A stretch of 64,000 nucleotides of DNA from Octopus sinensis. Its lineage: Eukaryota. Below, one piece after another: positions 11,260 to 24,061 of this stretch. A program made the translations under genes and the position numbers. The stretch lies in the NCBI RefSeq assembly GCF_006345805.1, contig NC_043018.1:18538001-18602000 (forward strand). The letters run 5' to 3'. Position 1 is the stretch's first letter; each line of letters starts with the position of its first letter. The notes below the pieces were generated by a model. It was given only the letters and a program-made list of their open reading frames with translations. It was not told where the DNA came from and searched no databases.

Positions 11260-12199
11260 GGAGAGGTAGAGATAAAACAAGAAGACAGTCATGTCTTGAA
11301 TACTATACGCAGACACACACGTGTGTGTATGCATATATGCATTTGTATACACAAGAGTATATATATAATATTCTTTTCTACTCTAGGCCCATAGGCCCGA
11401 AATTTTGGAGGAGGGGGCCACTCGGTTACAGTGACCCCAGTATGCAACTGGTTCTTAATTTATTGACCCCGAAAGGATGAAAGGCAAAGTCAACATTGGC
11501 GGAATTTGAACTCAGAATGTAAAGACAGATGAAGTACCACTAAGCATTTCTATTAATTATAGAATGGCAAGGAAATAGGAATTACATCATTAGCCTCATT
11601 AGCTTACAACTCTGAGTGTACTGCTTTTTACAATCAGAAACAGTTGTAAGCTAATGAACTTGATGATATAATACTTGTCCCCTTGCCCCTCATTAATCAA
11701 TATCACACTCTGTACTCACCGAACACTCAATTCTAAAAAAAAAAATGTACATTGAGTTGTAACAAGTGGTTCTTAGTGTTGCTATACCTAAGCAAAATCA
11801 CAAAATCCATGCACATATCTTTGGAGATGTCACCGATTCATTCCCACTCTCTTTCCTAAATGTGAGAAGCTCCGTAGCTCTGCTACAACAAGAACCTGCT
11901 CTACCCCAGCCTCTCCTCTCATGCTGTAACCCCATCTAACATAAGGATGCATCCCTCCTCAGCTTCCATACCCTTGTAAACAGCATGGTGACCTTTGTAG
12001 TGCTGGTAGTGAGGGGGCATTAAAAAGCACCCAGTACACATTGTACATTGTGTTATGAAGGACATCTAGTGGTAGAAACCATGCCAAAGCAGATACTGGA
12101 GCATGGTTCTATCCTGGGACACATTCGATCCTTGTCCATCTGTGTAACCCAGAATGGAACATGATGATAATAAAAATAAGGATGATGCGTGTGTGTGTT

Positions 12200-12326
12200 A
12201 TTTAAACTAGTTTAATTTGTCCCTATGTGACTTTGTAGGCTTCTTACGGAAACCTAACTTATCAGGTTTCTGTAAGAAGCCTAAAAAACTTTAAGTCACA
12301 TTGGGCCAAATCAAATTGTTTTAAAT
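12200..12326. repeat. Foldback palindrome
   Basis: TAGGCTTCTTACGGAAACCT / AGGTTTCTGTAAGAAGCCTA inner arms; ATTTAAA..TTTG.CC.ATGTGACTT / AAGTCACATTGGGCCAAA..TTTTAAAT outer arms. Confidence 0.8.
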
Positions 12327-12962
12327 AATAATGTGCGTAATTAGCAAAGGGATGAGCTGGCAAAATCGTTAGCACGCTGGGCAAAATAGTGTCATCTTGT
12401 CTGTCGCTACGTTCTGAGTTCAAATTCCACTGAAGTCAACTTTGCCTTTCGTCCTTTCGGGGGTCGATAAAATAAGTACCAGTTGAACACGGGGAGGGGG
12501 GGGGGTGACGTAACAAATTTATACCTCTTCGCCGAACTTGCCTTCTGCCAAACTTTGAAACCATAATATAGAACTAGCAAAACTGTTAGGGCCCTAAGGA
12601 AAATGTTTGACTTTATGTTCTGAGTTCGGAGGCTGTCAGGGTTCACTTTGCTTGTCATCCTTTTGGGGGTCAATAAAATAAGTACCAGTTAAACAATGGG
12701 GTCAATGTAATCAGCTTACCCCCTCTCCTGAAATTGCTGGCCTTGTGTCAAAATTTGAAACTGATACATGTAACTCCTAATAAATATGTTGAATGCATCT
12801 TTCTTTTGATTTGTTCATATACCCACATATATATACACATATTTTGCTAAGGCAGTGTGATACTAACAACGTGGCATAGAACTAAGTACGCAATTCTTCA
12901 AAACAAACCATTGAGTACAGAGTGGAAATAAGAAAAGGAGGTGGCAAATGATTATCTTGTAA

Positions 12963-13096
12963 ACTTCAGTAGCTTACAGTTGTTTCTGCTTCAAGGTGCA
13001 ATGGACTCATAATTGAGTGTCTGAGTAACACCCTATAGCTTCATCAGAGCCTCAAATATAAATCTTATAACAGAAACAACAGTAATCTAATGAAGT
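12963..13096. mobile_element. Shorter MITE of the TTCAGTAGC family
   Basis: ACTTCAGTAGCTTACAGTTGTTTCTG ... CAGAAACAACAGTAATCTAATGAAGT terminal inverted repeat. Confidence 0.7.
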
Positions 13097-13390
13097 ACGT
13101 AAGATAATTGTGTGTTTCTTTGTCATTTCCTTTCCTTATGTGTATGTGTGTGTGTGTTTGTGTGTATGTATGTGTGTGTTTGTGTGTATGTATGTGTGTG
13201 TTTGTGTGTATGTATGTGTGTGTGCGTGTGTGTGACAGAAAACTATGTTCCTATCAACTCAATTTTCGAAAAGGACTGTTCTAAAATTTGAAGAACTGTC
13301 TTTGACTCACAGGTACACACTGTGTTATGTGAATTCAACTGGAAAATTATATTAAGAATTCACAAGTCTGTGGAATACCCAACCACTTAC

Positions 13391-13453
13391 AAATTAATTT
13401 ATCCAGCAGGAGTTTCATTTGGTTGAACAAATGGATTTAGTGAATCATAAAAC
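13391..13453 (-). CDS. Candidate last coding exon of a minus-strand gene (xFYDSLNPFVQPNETPAG*)
   Basis: Strong acceptor TTTCCTTGGATTTTCTTTAG, phase-2 frame open to TAA, donor TTT|GTAAGT just after the stop; unique sequence; no homology recognised. Confidence 0.35.
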
Positions 13454-13724
13454 CTAAAGAAAATCCAAGGAAACAGATGAAAAACACACAACAAATATCT
13501 CTTGAATTATTCGGCTATTTTTTCTTTTTTTCTTTTGAATAAAATCAATCTTGCGATCATGATTTTAACTTTGTTTCCCTCGTTTAATTTGTCTTATTAT
13601 ATTCCATCATAATTTGCTGATATCAACTAGTCTCAGTTTATTGATTTTGGCAAACAAATATATATTTCTTCAGCGACCGTATATGTATGTGTATATATGT
13701 ATATGTATATATATATATATACCG

Positions 13725-13835
<111 letters not shown>

Positions 13836-14061
13836 GGTATATGTATTCATATATATTAAATTTCTTTACCACACAATGTGCTTATATATATGTGTGCATA
13901 TATGTGTGTATATACATACACGCATACACGTATATATATACACACACACATTTCTTCAACACATATATAATTTGCTCCAGCACACATATACAATTTTTAA
14001 GACACTAATTTGTATGTGCGTGTGTACATATATATGTACATACACACATAATATATATATA

Positions 14062-14093
<32 letters not shown>

Positions 14094-14315
14094 TAAATTT
14101 CTTTGACACACATTTTATATCCTTTTGACACAAATATAATTTTCTTCAACATATACACATACATAAATTTCTACACCACACACATACATATATACATATA
14201 ATAACACATATACATATACACACACACATATTTCCTTTCCTTGCCTGCCACACATATTTCTTCAACCCAACCCATATATACTATTTTCCAAACACACACA
14301 CATACATTTTATATA

Positions 14316-14349
<34 letters not shown>

Positions 14350-14556
14350 TTCATTGACATACATATAAATACCTTCAACATACATAAAATAATTTCATTA
14401 CTCTTGTTTGTATTGATTTTTTTTTTTTATTTCTCATTTGTGCTCCAATGTAAAGACATCTAAATTGAGTGAAATTTAATGATTTACACTTTTTTATTAA
14501 TATTTCTATAAATGCAAAGTTGGACTTGTTGAAATATTACTGAAATCATGACTTAC

Positions 14557-14580
14557 TCATCTTCCCTATAAAAATCATCC
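14557..14580 (-). CDS. Candidate 24-nt micro-exon (xDDFYRED+), phase 2-2
   Basis: Donor GA|GTAAGT; acceptor CTATTAAG (an alternative TTTTTATAG would give a 9-nt exon of the same phase). Confidence 0.25.
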
Positions 14581-15206
14581 CTTAATAGACCATAAAAATC
14601 ACAGAAAAGAGATGACAATGCCATCACTGCCATCACTGTCACTACTACGATTACCAAACACAAACAACTAGTAACCAACACTACCACATCAACAACAACA
14701 GCAACAATACTATCAATTGTTGCAGTCGCCATAACAACAATGATGGAGACCCCAACTATCACCACAGTTATATCTGTAAACAAGAAATGCCATACCTACC
14801 ACCACCACCACCACCACTACCCAACAACTATCACTCCACCACCACTACTGCTACCATTCCTCATTGTCATTTTCAATGGATTTGGTAGATGGAAACTGGA
14901 AGAAGCCTGTTGCATTGTCATCATCATCATTATTTAATATACACCTTTCGATGCTGGCATGAGGCAAATGGAATTTGTTGAGGTGAATTTTTTATGGTTG
15001 GATGCCTCTCCTGTTGCCAAACCTCACCTGCTTCCAAGTAAATTAATATTTCTCCAAGGCCAGACATGTTTTCATGGAAGATTGGAAACAAAGGGGACTC
15101 CTTGCATGATGCTGACAGACACTCGCTTACAACTATCATCCAATGTCAAGGAAAGGAGACAATATCATTGATGCAGGCATGTATACACACACAAACACAC
15201 ACACAC

Positions 15207-15253
<47 letters not shown>

Positions 15254-15429
15254 TCATCATCATCATCATCATCATCGGTTGACATCCATCTTCCATGCTG
15301 TCATGGATTGATTCATTTGACAGGAGCTGGTAAACCAGAGGGCTGCACCAATCTCCACTGTCTCTTTTGGCACGGTTGTTATAGCTGGATGCCCTTCCTA
15401 ATGCTAACCACTTCACAGAGCAGCTGGTG

Positions 15430-15469
<40 letters not shown>

Positions 15470-15692
15470 GTGTGTGTGTCGAAATGTTAATAACAAACAA
15501 GATGAGCACAAATATCCGACAAATGTAAATAGTGTACATAATTCCTCATCTCTTAAATATAGAACTGCACTAACATTTATGCTGACATCACATCAGAAAC
15601 CGTTTATAAAACAGCAATATAGAGAAGGACAAGAAGCAATATGTTGGGCATGGGTTCAGTATAAGGTTTATTGCACAAAGAAGAATGATTAA

Positions 15693-15912
15693 CCCTTTTG
15701 TTACTGTATTTATTTTGAGATGCTCTGTGTTATTTCAATTATTTTAAAATATGACAAAGAATTTAGTAAAATAACTTAGTTATCATTCAGCTGGTGTTAG
15801 GAACATAAATTGTGACTAAGGTTTGTGGAAGATTTTAATTCAAGACTTATGAAAACAAGACATTTGTACTATAGAGCCAGAGCCGGGTTCAGCCAGGTTG
15901 GTATCAAAAGGG
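15693..15912. mobile_element. piggyBac-type MITE
   Basis: TTAA|CCCTTTTGTTAC ... GTATCAAAAGGG|TTAA; paralogue at 34457-34665. Confidence 0.9.
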
Positions 15913-16802
15913 TTAACAGAGCTTTTGAACACAAGTGTAGCCCTAGCCTTCTTCAGCATTATTCAGTATTATTCAGTATTAAAGAAAGGTTACAGCCAGA
16001 GAGCTCGAGAGCTGGAAAGTAAGTTAGCGAACAATATGAATAATGGATTTCTGTTAGTGATTAGTTAAGAGGAAGATATACGCAAGTTTCAGGATGGATT
16101 AAACGGGTGGCCATCGTGATGTGATTGGATGGCTTATATAGAAGGAACTGCGTTGTGATTGGTTGGCTGTTAGTGGGAAGACACTGCTGAGATATTGGAG
16201 GTGTGGTTTGACAAAACAGAACAGAGAAAGACAGACACTGTTTTCCATTTCTTATTTATTTTAATTTTTAATTTTTTTTTTATTAAAATAGCGTCTTCAG
16301 TTTTCATTATTAATTGAAAATGCTTTGGGTATTTATTGCTTTGTGCATATGTGTCTAAATGGATTTCTTAGATTGTGTTCGTGTCTTATTGGTGCTAATT
16401 AACTTAGTTTCGTTATTTCTATAGTTTGTGGTTATAAATGGATATATTGAATAATAATGTTTGGTGGAGGAAAGCAGCGTTTGCGTCCGGTAATGATTTC
16501 TTTATTGAAGCTAAAGAATAAAACCAACTCGAAATTAGATTGGTTCATAGCATTTCAAGTCATCTCTTTAACAAAACATGCATAAACAAAAGCTAAAATT
16601 TTAATTACATATATAAAACAAATACACACACACACACATATATAAGTATATATCCACACAAACACACTAGGAGACATATAAATGTACTTTAGTATATATT
16701 GAGATATATGTATATTTTGTGTGTGTGTGTATGCTGACATACATACACACATACATACATGTGTATATATGTATGTATATATGTATAAAGCACTGTCAGC
16801 GC

Positions 16803-17530
16803 TATTTTCAAGAAGCAGTACTGATGCTATTTTTATAACGAAGCAACTGCAAGAGAAGTACTTAACTAAGAATGAAAAAGCCATTGTACTTGGTATTTGC
16901 TGATCTGGAGAATACCTTTGATAGAGTACCCTGTTGTATTATATGGTGGGCTCTAAGGAAGCTAGGAGTAGACAAGTGGCCTGTGAAAGCTGTACTGGGC
17001 ATGTACCAAAGCTCGACTAGTAAGATGAGATTTAACCACGAGTACAGTGATAAATTTGGTGTACAGGTAAGCATTCATCAGGTATCAGTTCCTAGTTCCC
17101 GCCTTTTCATCTAGATCCTCCAGGCCATAGCAGAGGAATTCAAGACTGGCTGCCCCTGGGTATATATGCTGAAGCTTTTGCTTTCATTGCTGATTCAGTG
17201 ACAGAACTAGAAAAGACATTCTGGGTGTGGATGCCAAATCTGGAATTGAAGGGCCTCAAGGGTAACATAGCAAGGGCTGAGGTTTTAGTATGCAAGGAAA
17301 CAGATAGGACTCTTCTCCCTTCAGGAAAAATGTAGGCAGGCAGTCTTTACAGTTTACCCAGTGCAAGCTATGGTCAAAGAAGAGGTGCAATGGAATAACA
17401 CAGAGGTTATCAAAGAAAATAGTGTTCATATGCAGAAGATGTTCAAGAGTCATAAAAGCAACAGAAACACAGGGAAATGATTCTCTCAAATGCCCTGGAA
17501 ACTCTTTAGAGGTCGTGGATAATTGTTGAA
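16803..17530 (+). mobile_element. Decayed RTE-clade reverse transcriptase fragment
   Basis: STDAIFITKQLQEKYL..PLYLVFADLENTFDRVP..IWWALRKLGV..; later Cys-rich QCKLWSKKRCNGI..FICRRC; frameshifts and stops. Confidence 0.9.
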
Positions 17531-17684
17531 AGATTTTTCTCTACATGAAACCACTGGTAGCTTTGTTACTCTTTTACTCTTTTACTTGTTTCAGTCATTT
17601 GCCTGTGGCCATGCTGGAACACTGCCTTTAGTCAAGCAAACCGACCCTGGGACTTATTCTTTGTAAGCCTAGTACTTATTATGA

Positions 17685-18798
17685 CTGACTACAAATCAAA
17701 TAGTCGATATCATTAGCATATTCCATGAGAGAGTTGAGAATATTCTGCACAATGAACTTGGCATGACAAAGGAGGTTTCTGTTCAGCAGGTGCCACATCA
17801 TCTGACACCTGATCAAAAGCTGATCACATCACGAGGAAAATTTGACACTGTTTGAGGCAGATCCATCTTGTTACTCTGAATGTTTCCCAATCCAGGATGG
17901 GTGTTGGCTTCATCACTTTGAGCCAGAGACAAAGAGAGAATCCATGCAATGGAAACACCCCTCTTCATCTGCTCCAAAGAAGGCCAAGGTCATTTCGTCA
18001 GCAGGGAAGGTGATGTCCTTTGTTTGTTGGGATGCAAAAAGCATCGTGTCTATTGACTATCTTCAAAAGGGTCAGACCATCAATGGATAGTATTCTACTA
18101 ACTTGCTGGGGCAGTTACGAAAAACTATCAAGACCAAATGGACAGGGGCACTGACAAAAGGGGTCTTGTTTCATGGGGCCAATGCTGCTGCACACAATTC
18201 CTTCATTTCAATGGCTGCTGTGCAGGACTGTGGTCTTCAGCTGATTGGTCATCTTCCCTGTTCTTCTGATTTGGCTCTATTTCATCATAACCTGTTTCCC
18301 AACAGCAAAAATACTTGGCTGGGAACCGGTATAATGGTGATGATGATGATGTCATATCTGCTGTTGATGACTTTTTTTTGACCAACAGGATGGAAGCTTC
18401 TTCACCAAATGGGATCCAAGCAGTGCAAAACCAACAGAAGGAAGGTGTGAACCACTTAAGGTGGCGAGCTGGCAGAAACGTTAGCACGCCGGGCGAAATG
18501 CGGAGCCGTATTTCGTCTGCCATTATGTTCTGAGTTCAAATTTCGCCGAGGTCGACTTTGCCTTTCATCCTTTCGGGGTCAATAAATTAAGTACCAGTTA
18601 CGCACTGATGTCGATATAATCGATTTATTTCGTTTGTCTGTCCTTGTTTGTCCCCTCTGTGTTTAGCCCCTTGTGGGCAGTAAAGAAATAGGTGTGAACC
18701 ACTAGGCAGGTCTGGTGTGCTGTAAAAATAAACCTCATTTGGTCGTATTCCATGAGAGTACCTTGGTTGGTCTATGAACTTTTCACCTGACCCTTGTA
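17685..18798 (+). mobile_element. Decayed mariner (DD34D) transposon interrupted by SINE A
   Basis: ..ENILHNELGM..VPHHLTPDQK..QDGCWLHHFEPETKRESMQWKHPSSSAPKKAKVISSAGKVM..DYLQKGQTING..; ends ..GAACTTTTCACCTGACCCTTG-TA. Confidence 0.9.
18457..18689 (+). mobile_element. SINE family A, full monomer with 14-bp TSD
   Basis: TSD AGGTGTGAACCACT at 18443-18456 and 18690-18703; A box-like TGGCAGAAACG, B box GAGTTCAAATT; central GCCTTTCATCCTTTCGGGGTC..AAGTACCAG resembles the Meta/MESC SINE domain (from memory). Confidence 0.9.
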
Positions 18799-19014
18799 TT
18801 TGGCATAAGGATACCAATAGCATTTTCAGCATTTCTTATTAAATGATGTGGCTTCAAACCTGCACTTTAACCTACCATTTGATGTGATGCTTGAATTCAC
18901 GTTGTATAGGAAACAGACGTTTAATGTGGAAGCAATTACCAAGCCTTAAACTAACAGATAATGTGTCATGCATGGAAACACTCTCTTTCACCTGGTTGAT
19001 TCCCCTGTCACACA

Positions 19015-19298
19015 GCGACAGGTGAGGGTTCAACAATTTCTTGCACAACAACCTCCACGGATGATTTGTTGATAATGATCAAATGCTTGTACTACACATT
19101 TGCTCATTCCCTCCATCAAATTGACATTACCTGTACAGGTGCAAAGTGTGCCATAGGTCAGATATTAAAGTGGCTGCAGAGCAATGTGAAATAAAGTGTT
19201 TTGCTCACTGGAGAGCACAATGCACTTCGTCCAGGAATTGAAACTACAATCTTGCAACTCTGAGTGCAAGGCCTAACATCTAGGCCATGTACTCTCAT
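19015..19298 (-). mobile_element. Old tRNA/CORE-type SINE
   Basis: Minus strand TGGCCTAGATG A box, TAGTTTCAATTCC B box, TGAGCAAAACACTTTATTTCACATTGCTC CORE-like segment. Confidence 0.65.
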
Positions 19299-19309
19299 GT
19301 TTGATATAT

Positions 19310-19344
<35 letters not shown>

Positions 19345-19812
19345 CGTTTAACATCTGCCTTCCATGCTGGCATGGGTTGGACAGTTTGACTGAGGACTGG
19401 CAAGCCAGAAGGCTGCACCAGGCTCCAATCTGATCTGGCAAAGTTTCTACAGCTGGATGCCCTTCTTAACGCCAACCACTCTGAGAATGTAGGTGCTTTT
19501 ACATGCCACCAGCACGAGGGCCAGTCAGGCAGTTCTGCCAACGATCATGCCTTGGAAGGTGCTTTTAATGTTCCACTAGCATGAGTGCCAATCAGGTGGT
19601 ACTGTCATTGACCACGTCAGCAATTTTGATTTTGACTTCACTTGCCTCAACATGTCTTTGCAAGCAAAGTTTATAGTCCAATGAATGAGAGGTACTCATA
19701 AGTGGGCTGGTTACACCCATTGGCATAGGCCACGGGTTATGGTCTCACCTGGCTTGTCAGGTCTTCTCAAGCACACCGTATCTCCAAAGGTCTTGGTCAC
19801 TAGTCATTGCCT
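19310..19812 (-). mobile_element. RTE LINE 3' end including ORF C-terminus
   Basis: Minus strand EAMTSDQDLWRYGVLEKT, then a 3' UTR continuous with the family C terminus and (GAT)n tail; this links family C to RTE. Confidence 0.8.
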
Positions 19813-20501
19813 AACTCTTTTACTTGTTTCAGTCATTTGATTGTGACCATGCTGGAGCACTGCCTTTAGTTGAACAAATTGACCCCAGGACTTATTCTTT
19901 GTAAGCCTAGTACTTATTCTATCGATCCATTTTGCCAAAGTTACGGGGACGTAAACACACCAGCATTTGCAATGTTGTGAGGTAGGGGGATATGTGATGG
20001 GACCCAGAGGGATGAAAGTGAAAGATGATATCAACAAGATTTGAACCCAGAATGTTAAGGACAAGAAGAAGGAAGAGGAGAAGGAGAGAGGGTAGAGGGG
20101 AAGGAGGAGGAGGTGTGGTAAGAAGAAGATAGGAAAAAACTAGAAAAGAAGAACAAGAATAAGAAGGAAGAGAAAGAAACGTGATGGAAATAAAAGAGGA
20201 GAAGAAAAGAAATAAAAGGAAGCCAACAGGTTGGAAAGAAGAAAAAAGGATTTTTGGTTGTGGACCAAATCGGTCTGTTAGCAGATGAGGCACAGATCAG
20301 AGATACAAAAGAGACAAAGACTGGAGAGACAAAGACTGGAGAATCGAAAGATTGTGAAAGTTCTTGGATGGCATCATACAACAAATTTGAATTTCAGCAA
20401 ATTTCATTTGAGGCTATCAATTAAATTTCAGTAAAAAAACTTAATTTTTCTTCTTTTTCCAGTATTAAAATACTCAAAAATCAATTTTTGTCTCTATTTA
20501 C

Positions 20502-20545
20502 TTGAGCACGTTCAATTTCTCTTTGGTTAAAGTAATTATTTGTTG
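20502..20545 (-). CDS. Candidate 44-nt exon (QQIITLTKEKLNVL+), phase 0-2
   Basis: Acceptor CCAATTCTAG, donor CAA|GTAAAT; frame-compatible with neighbouring candidates. Confidence 0.25.
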
Positions 20546-20804
20546 CTAGAATTGGCAGTGTCACAAATGGTAACAGGGAATAGAAAAGTGTACAGGTGCA
20601 AAGTATTCCCTGTAATCATTAAATTTTATAGGTTCAGATCTTGCTGAGGTCAACTTCTCCATTTTAAGATATTTTTATGTAATTTTGGTAAATATATCTG
20701 TTAAAATGAAATGGTGCTATTTTCATTTTTGCATAATTTAGAAGACAATTTATTTACTGCCCCCCCCATCCATCCATCCATCCATACATACATACATACA
20801 TACA

Positions 20805-20840
<36 letters not shown>

Positions 20841-20854
20841 TATATACACAGAAA

Positions 20855-21342
20855 TGTATGGATTCAAAATCAAAATCAAATCAAATCAAATCAGATATCA
20901 GAAAGCAGAACCAAAATCGAAGTCGATCAACATCAATGGAAATTGCAGCTGTGATACCAGTGCCGGTGACAAGTAAGCGAACCATCTGATCGTGGCCGTT
21001 GCCAGCACTGCCCCGACTGGCCTCCGTGCCAGTGGCACATAAAAAGCACCATCCAATCGTGGCCGTTGCCAGCCTCGCCTGGCCCCCGTGGCGGTGGCAC
21101 GTAAAAAGCACCATCCGTCCGTGGCTATTTGCCAGCTCCGTCTGGCACCTGTGTGGGTGGCATGTAAAAAGCACCCACTACACTCACGGAGTGGTTGGTG
21201 TAAGGAAGGGCATCCAGCCGTAGAAACACTGCCAGATCAGACTGGGCCGATGCAGCCTTCTGGCTTCACAGACCCCAGTTGAACTGTCCAACCCATGCTA
21301 GCATGGAAAGCGGACGCTAAATGATGATGATGATGATGATGA
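20855..21342 (+). mobile_element. RTE LINE 3' UTR (family C) with tandem hairpin units
   Basis: Three to four GTGCC(G/A)GTGGCAC(G)TAAAAAGCACC units, GGAAGGGCATCCAGCCGTAGAAAC, CCATGCTAGCATGG, (GAT)n. Confidence 0.9.
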
Positions 21343-21580
21343 TATGTATATATACAGATATATAAATATATGTGTGGGGGGGTGTATACATGCATCTTTG
21401 TCTTCATGATTGTCCCCAATAACAAAGAATAAGTCCTGAGGTCGATTTGTTCAACTAAAGGTGGTGCTCCAGCATGGCCACAGTCAAATGACTGAAACAA
21501 TTAAAATAATAAAAGAATATACATAGGTGTGTCAAATTTTCTGCTTGTTGTCTTTTTATTTAAACCTGAAATATATATAT

Positions 21581-21614
<34 letters not shown>

Positions 21615-21951
21615 CATACATACATATATATGTATATATATTTACGCATGCTTGTGTCTATATTTGTCCCCTTGCTATCACTTAACAACTGTTGCTGGTG
21701 TATTTAGGTCCCTAACACTTGGCAGTTCAGCAAAAGACACCAATAGAATAAGTACTAAGCTAACAAAGAATAAGTCGTGGGGTTGATTTCTTCGACTAAA
21801 ACCCCTTTTAGGTGGTGCCCCAGCATGGCTGCAGTCAAATAACTGTGAAACAGAAAAAAAAAAGAATAAAAGAGAAAACAAGCAGCACCAACCAGGAATT
21901 GAAACCCTGCCCAGCTTGTCCATTCCCTGAAATCATTCCGATTCCATTTAC

Positions 21952-22369
21952 TCTTTCTCTCTTTTATTCTTTTACTTGTTTCAGTCATTTGACTGCGGCC
22001 ATGCTGGAGCACCGCCTTTAATCAAGCAACTCGACCCCGGGACTTATTCTTTTTGTAAGTCCAGTACTTATTCTATCGGTCTCTTTTGCCGAACCGCTAA
22101 GTAACGGGGACATAAACACACCAGCATCGGTTGTCAAGCAATGCTAGGGGGACAAACACAGACACACAAACAAACACACATACACATATATATATATACA
22201 TATATACGACAGGCTTCTTTCAGTTTCCGTCTACCAAATCCACTCACAAGGCATTGGTCGGCCCGGGGCTATAGCAGAAGACACTTGCCCAAGATGCCAC
22301 GCAGTGGGACTGAACCCGGAACCATGTGGTTGGTAAACAAGCTACTTACCACACAGCCACTCCTGCGCC
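21952..22369 (-). mobile_element. SINE family B, full length
   Basis: GGCGCAGGAGTGGCTGTGTGGTAAG head, GGGTTCAGTCCC B box, GCATCTTGGGCAAGTGTCTT CORE-like segment, (GTAAAAGA)n tail. Confidence 0.9.
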
Positions 22370-22830
22370 ATTATTGTGTTCCCCATCGACTCGTTTGTTC
22401 GCTTGATGCTGTAATCAGAGTCGTAGATGTTGCAGCTATTTTTGACCACACTGATAAGCTGTAACAATTAGTTGTTGTCGTTGCTGTTGCCGTTCTTAAC
22501 AAAATTTGCCTTGTTTTGTTTGTTTTTTGTTTATTTTCGTCAAAGTGAAAAATAGCTATCTTCCAAATGAAAGCGCCGACGTCTTGATCATCGTTTTAGA
22601 ATCTTCTTTTATTTTCCATCATTTGTTTTAATGAAAGACACTGCTTGAATAATCTTGCATAATAAACTTCTGATGAGGAATATCACCAATAATTTCCCTA
22701 ACCATCACCACCACCGATTACACCACCCTACCTCCTCCTTTTCCTCTTTTCTTCCAACACCACCACCACCGCCACCACCACATCCTCAGTAACCTTCTTT
22801 CTTCCAACTGATTTCAAATTTATTTATTTG

Positions 22831-22878
<48 letters not shown>

Positions 22879-22917
22879 ATTATTATTATTAGTTATTTTC
22901 ATTATTCTTGTTTTTGC

Positions 22918-22957
<40 letters not shown>

Positions 22958-22964
22958 ATTATTA

Positions 22965-22995
<31 letters not shown>

Positions 22996-23095
22996 AATTA
23001 GTTATTTTCATTATACTTATTTTTGCTATTATTATCATTATTATCATTGTTATTATTATCATTATTATTATTATTCAAATTTTCCTTATTTTTGC

Positions 23096-23147
<52 letters not shown>

Positions 23148-23345
23148 TTGCTGTGGTTTCCTGTATTGTTTACTTTTGCTTGTTTATTTTGTCATGTGTG
23201 ATTGATGAAATAAATAGAGTAAAATATTAAAAGAAAAAAAAACCAGAAAAGAAAAACTATAAATGTTCTAAAAATGATCACATCATTGAATTCTCAATAT
23301 CACACAAACTACTCCCCCCACCGCCATCCACCCATCTCTTCTTAC

Positions 23346-23370
23346 AAATTCGGAAGAGGATAAGATCCCA
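23346..23370 (-). CDS. Candidate 25-nt micro-exon (xGILSSSEF), phase 2-0
   Basis: Strong acceptor TTTCTTTATTGTAG and donor TTT|GTAAGA; the peptide resembles EF-hand loop positions 6-13. Confidence 0.35.
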
Positions 23371-23836
23371 CTACAATAAAGAAATCATTTTCTAAAAAGT
23401 TGTGATTTGGACAAATTAATTAACTGAAATTATTCCCATTTATTTTGTTATGTTGCGTTGTTAAAAGAATTCCCAGATTCTTTCGCCAGACTCATGTTTA
23501 ACTTGGAACTATCTGCTGCAGTAAAAGGATAAAAGAGAAGCGAACCCCATGGATAAGTCCACATCTGTATGAAATCTTGTTACGTGCGAATGAATTGTTT
23601 ATACTATATATAGATTTTATATCGCAATTGTGAAGAACAGCGCTGTTTGGTTGCAGGTTTCAAACAGATCTATCATGGAAGATTGCAGAGAAGTGTTCTG
23701 TAACTTGGAGTGGAATAAATTTATCAAGGAACTTTATTCATAAGCATGGCTCTGGCATTTGCTGATGTTACTTCGGCAAAAGATATACACACTTATCTGC
23801 ATATATTTTATCTTTTACTTGTTTCAGTCACTGGAC

Positions 23837-24061
23837 CTATTTCTTTACTACCCACAAGGGGCTAAACACAGAGAGGACAGACAAGAAGATTAAGTTGATT
23901 ACATCGACCCCAATGCGTAACTGGTACTTAATTTATCGACCCCGAAAGGATGAAAGGCAAAGTCAACCTCGGCGGAATTTGAACTCAGAACGTAACGGCA
24001 GACGAAATACGGCTACGTATTTCGTCCGGCGTGCTAACGTTTCTGCCAGCTCGCCGCCTTA
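23837..24061 (-). mobile_element. SINE family A with 15-bp TSD, nested in a SINE-B-like tail
   Basis: TSD TTTCAGTCACTGGAC at 23822-23836 and 24062-24076. Confidence 0.9.

Noticed and set aside
22670-22700. CTGATGAG hammerhead-like start
   Set aside because: No stem II and no downstream GAAA
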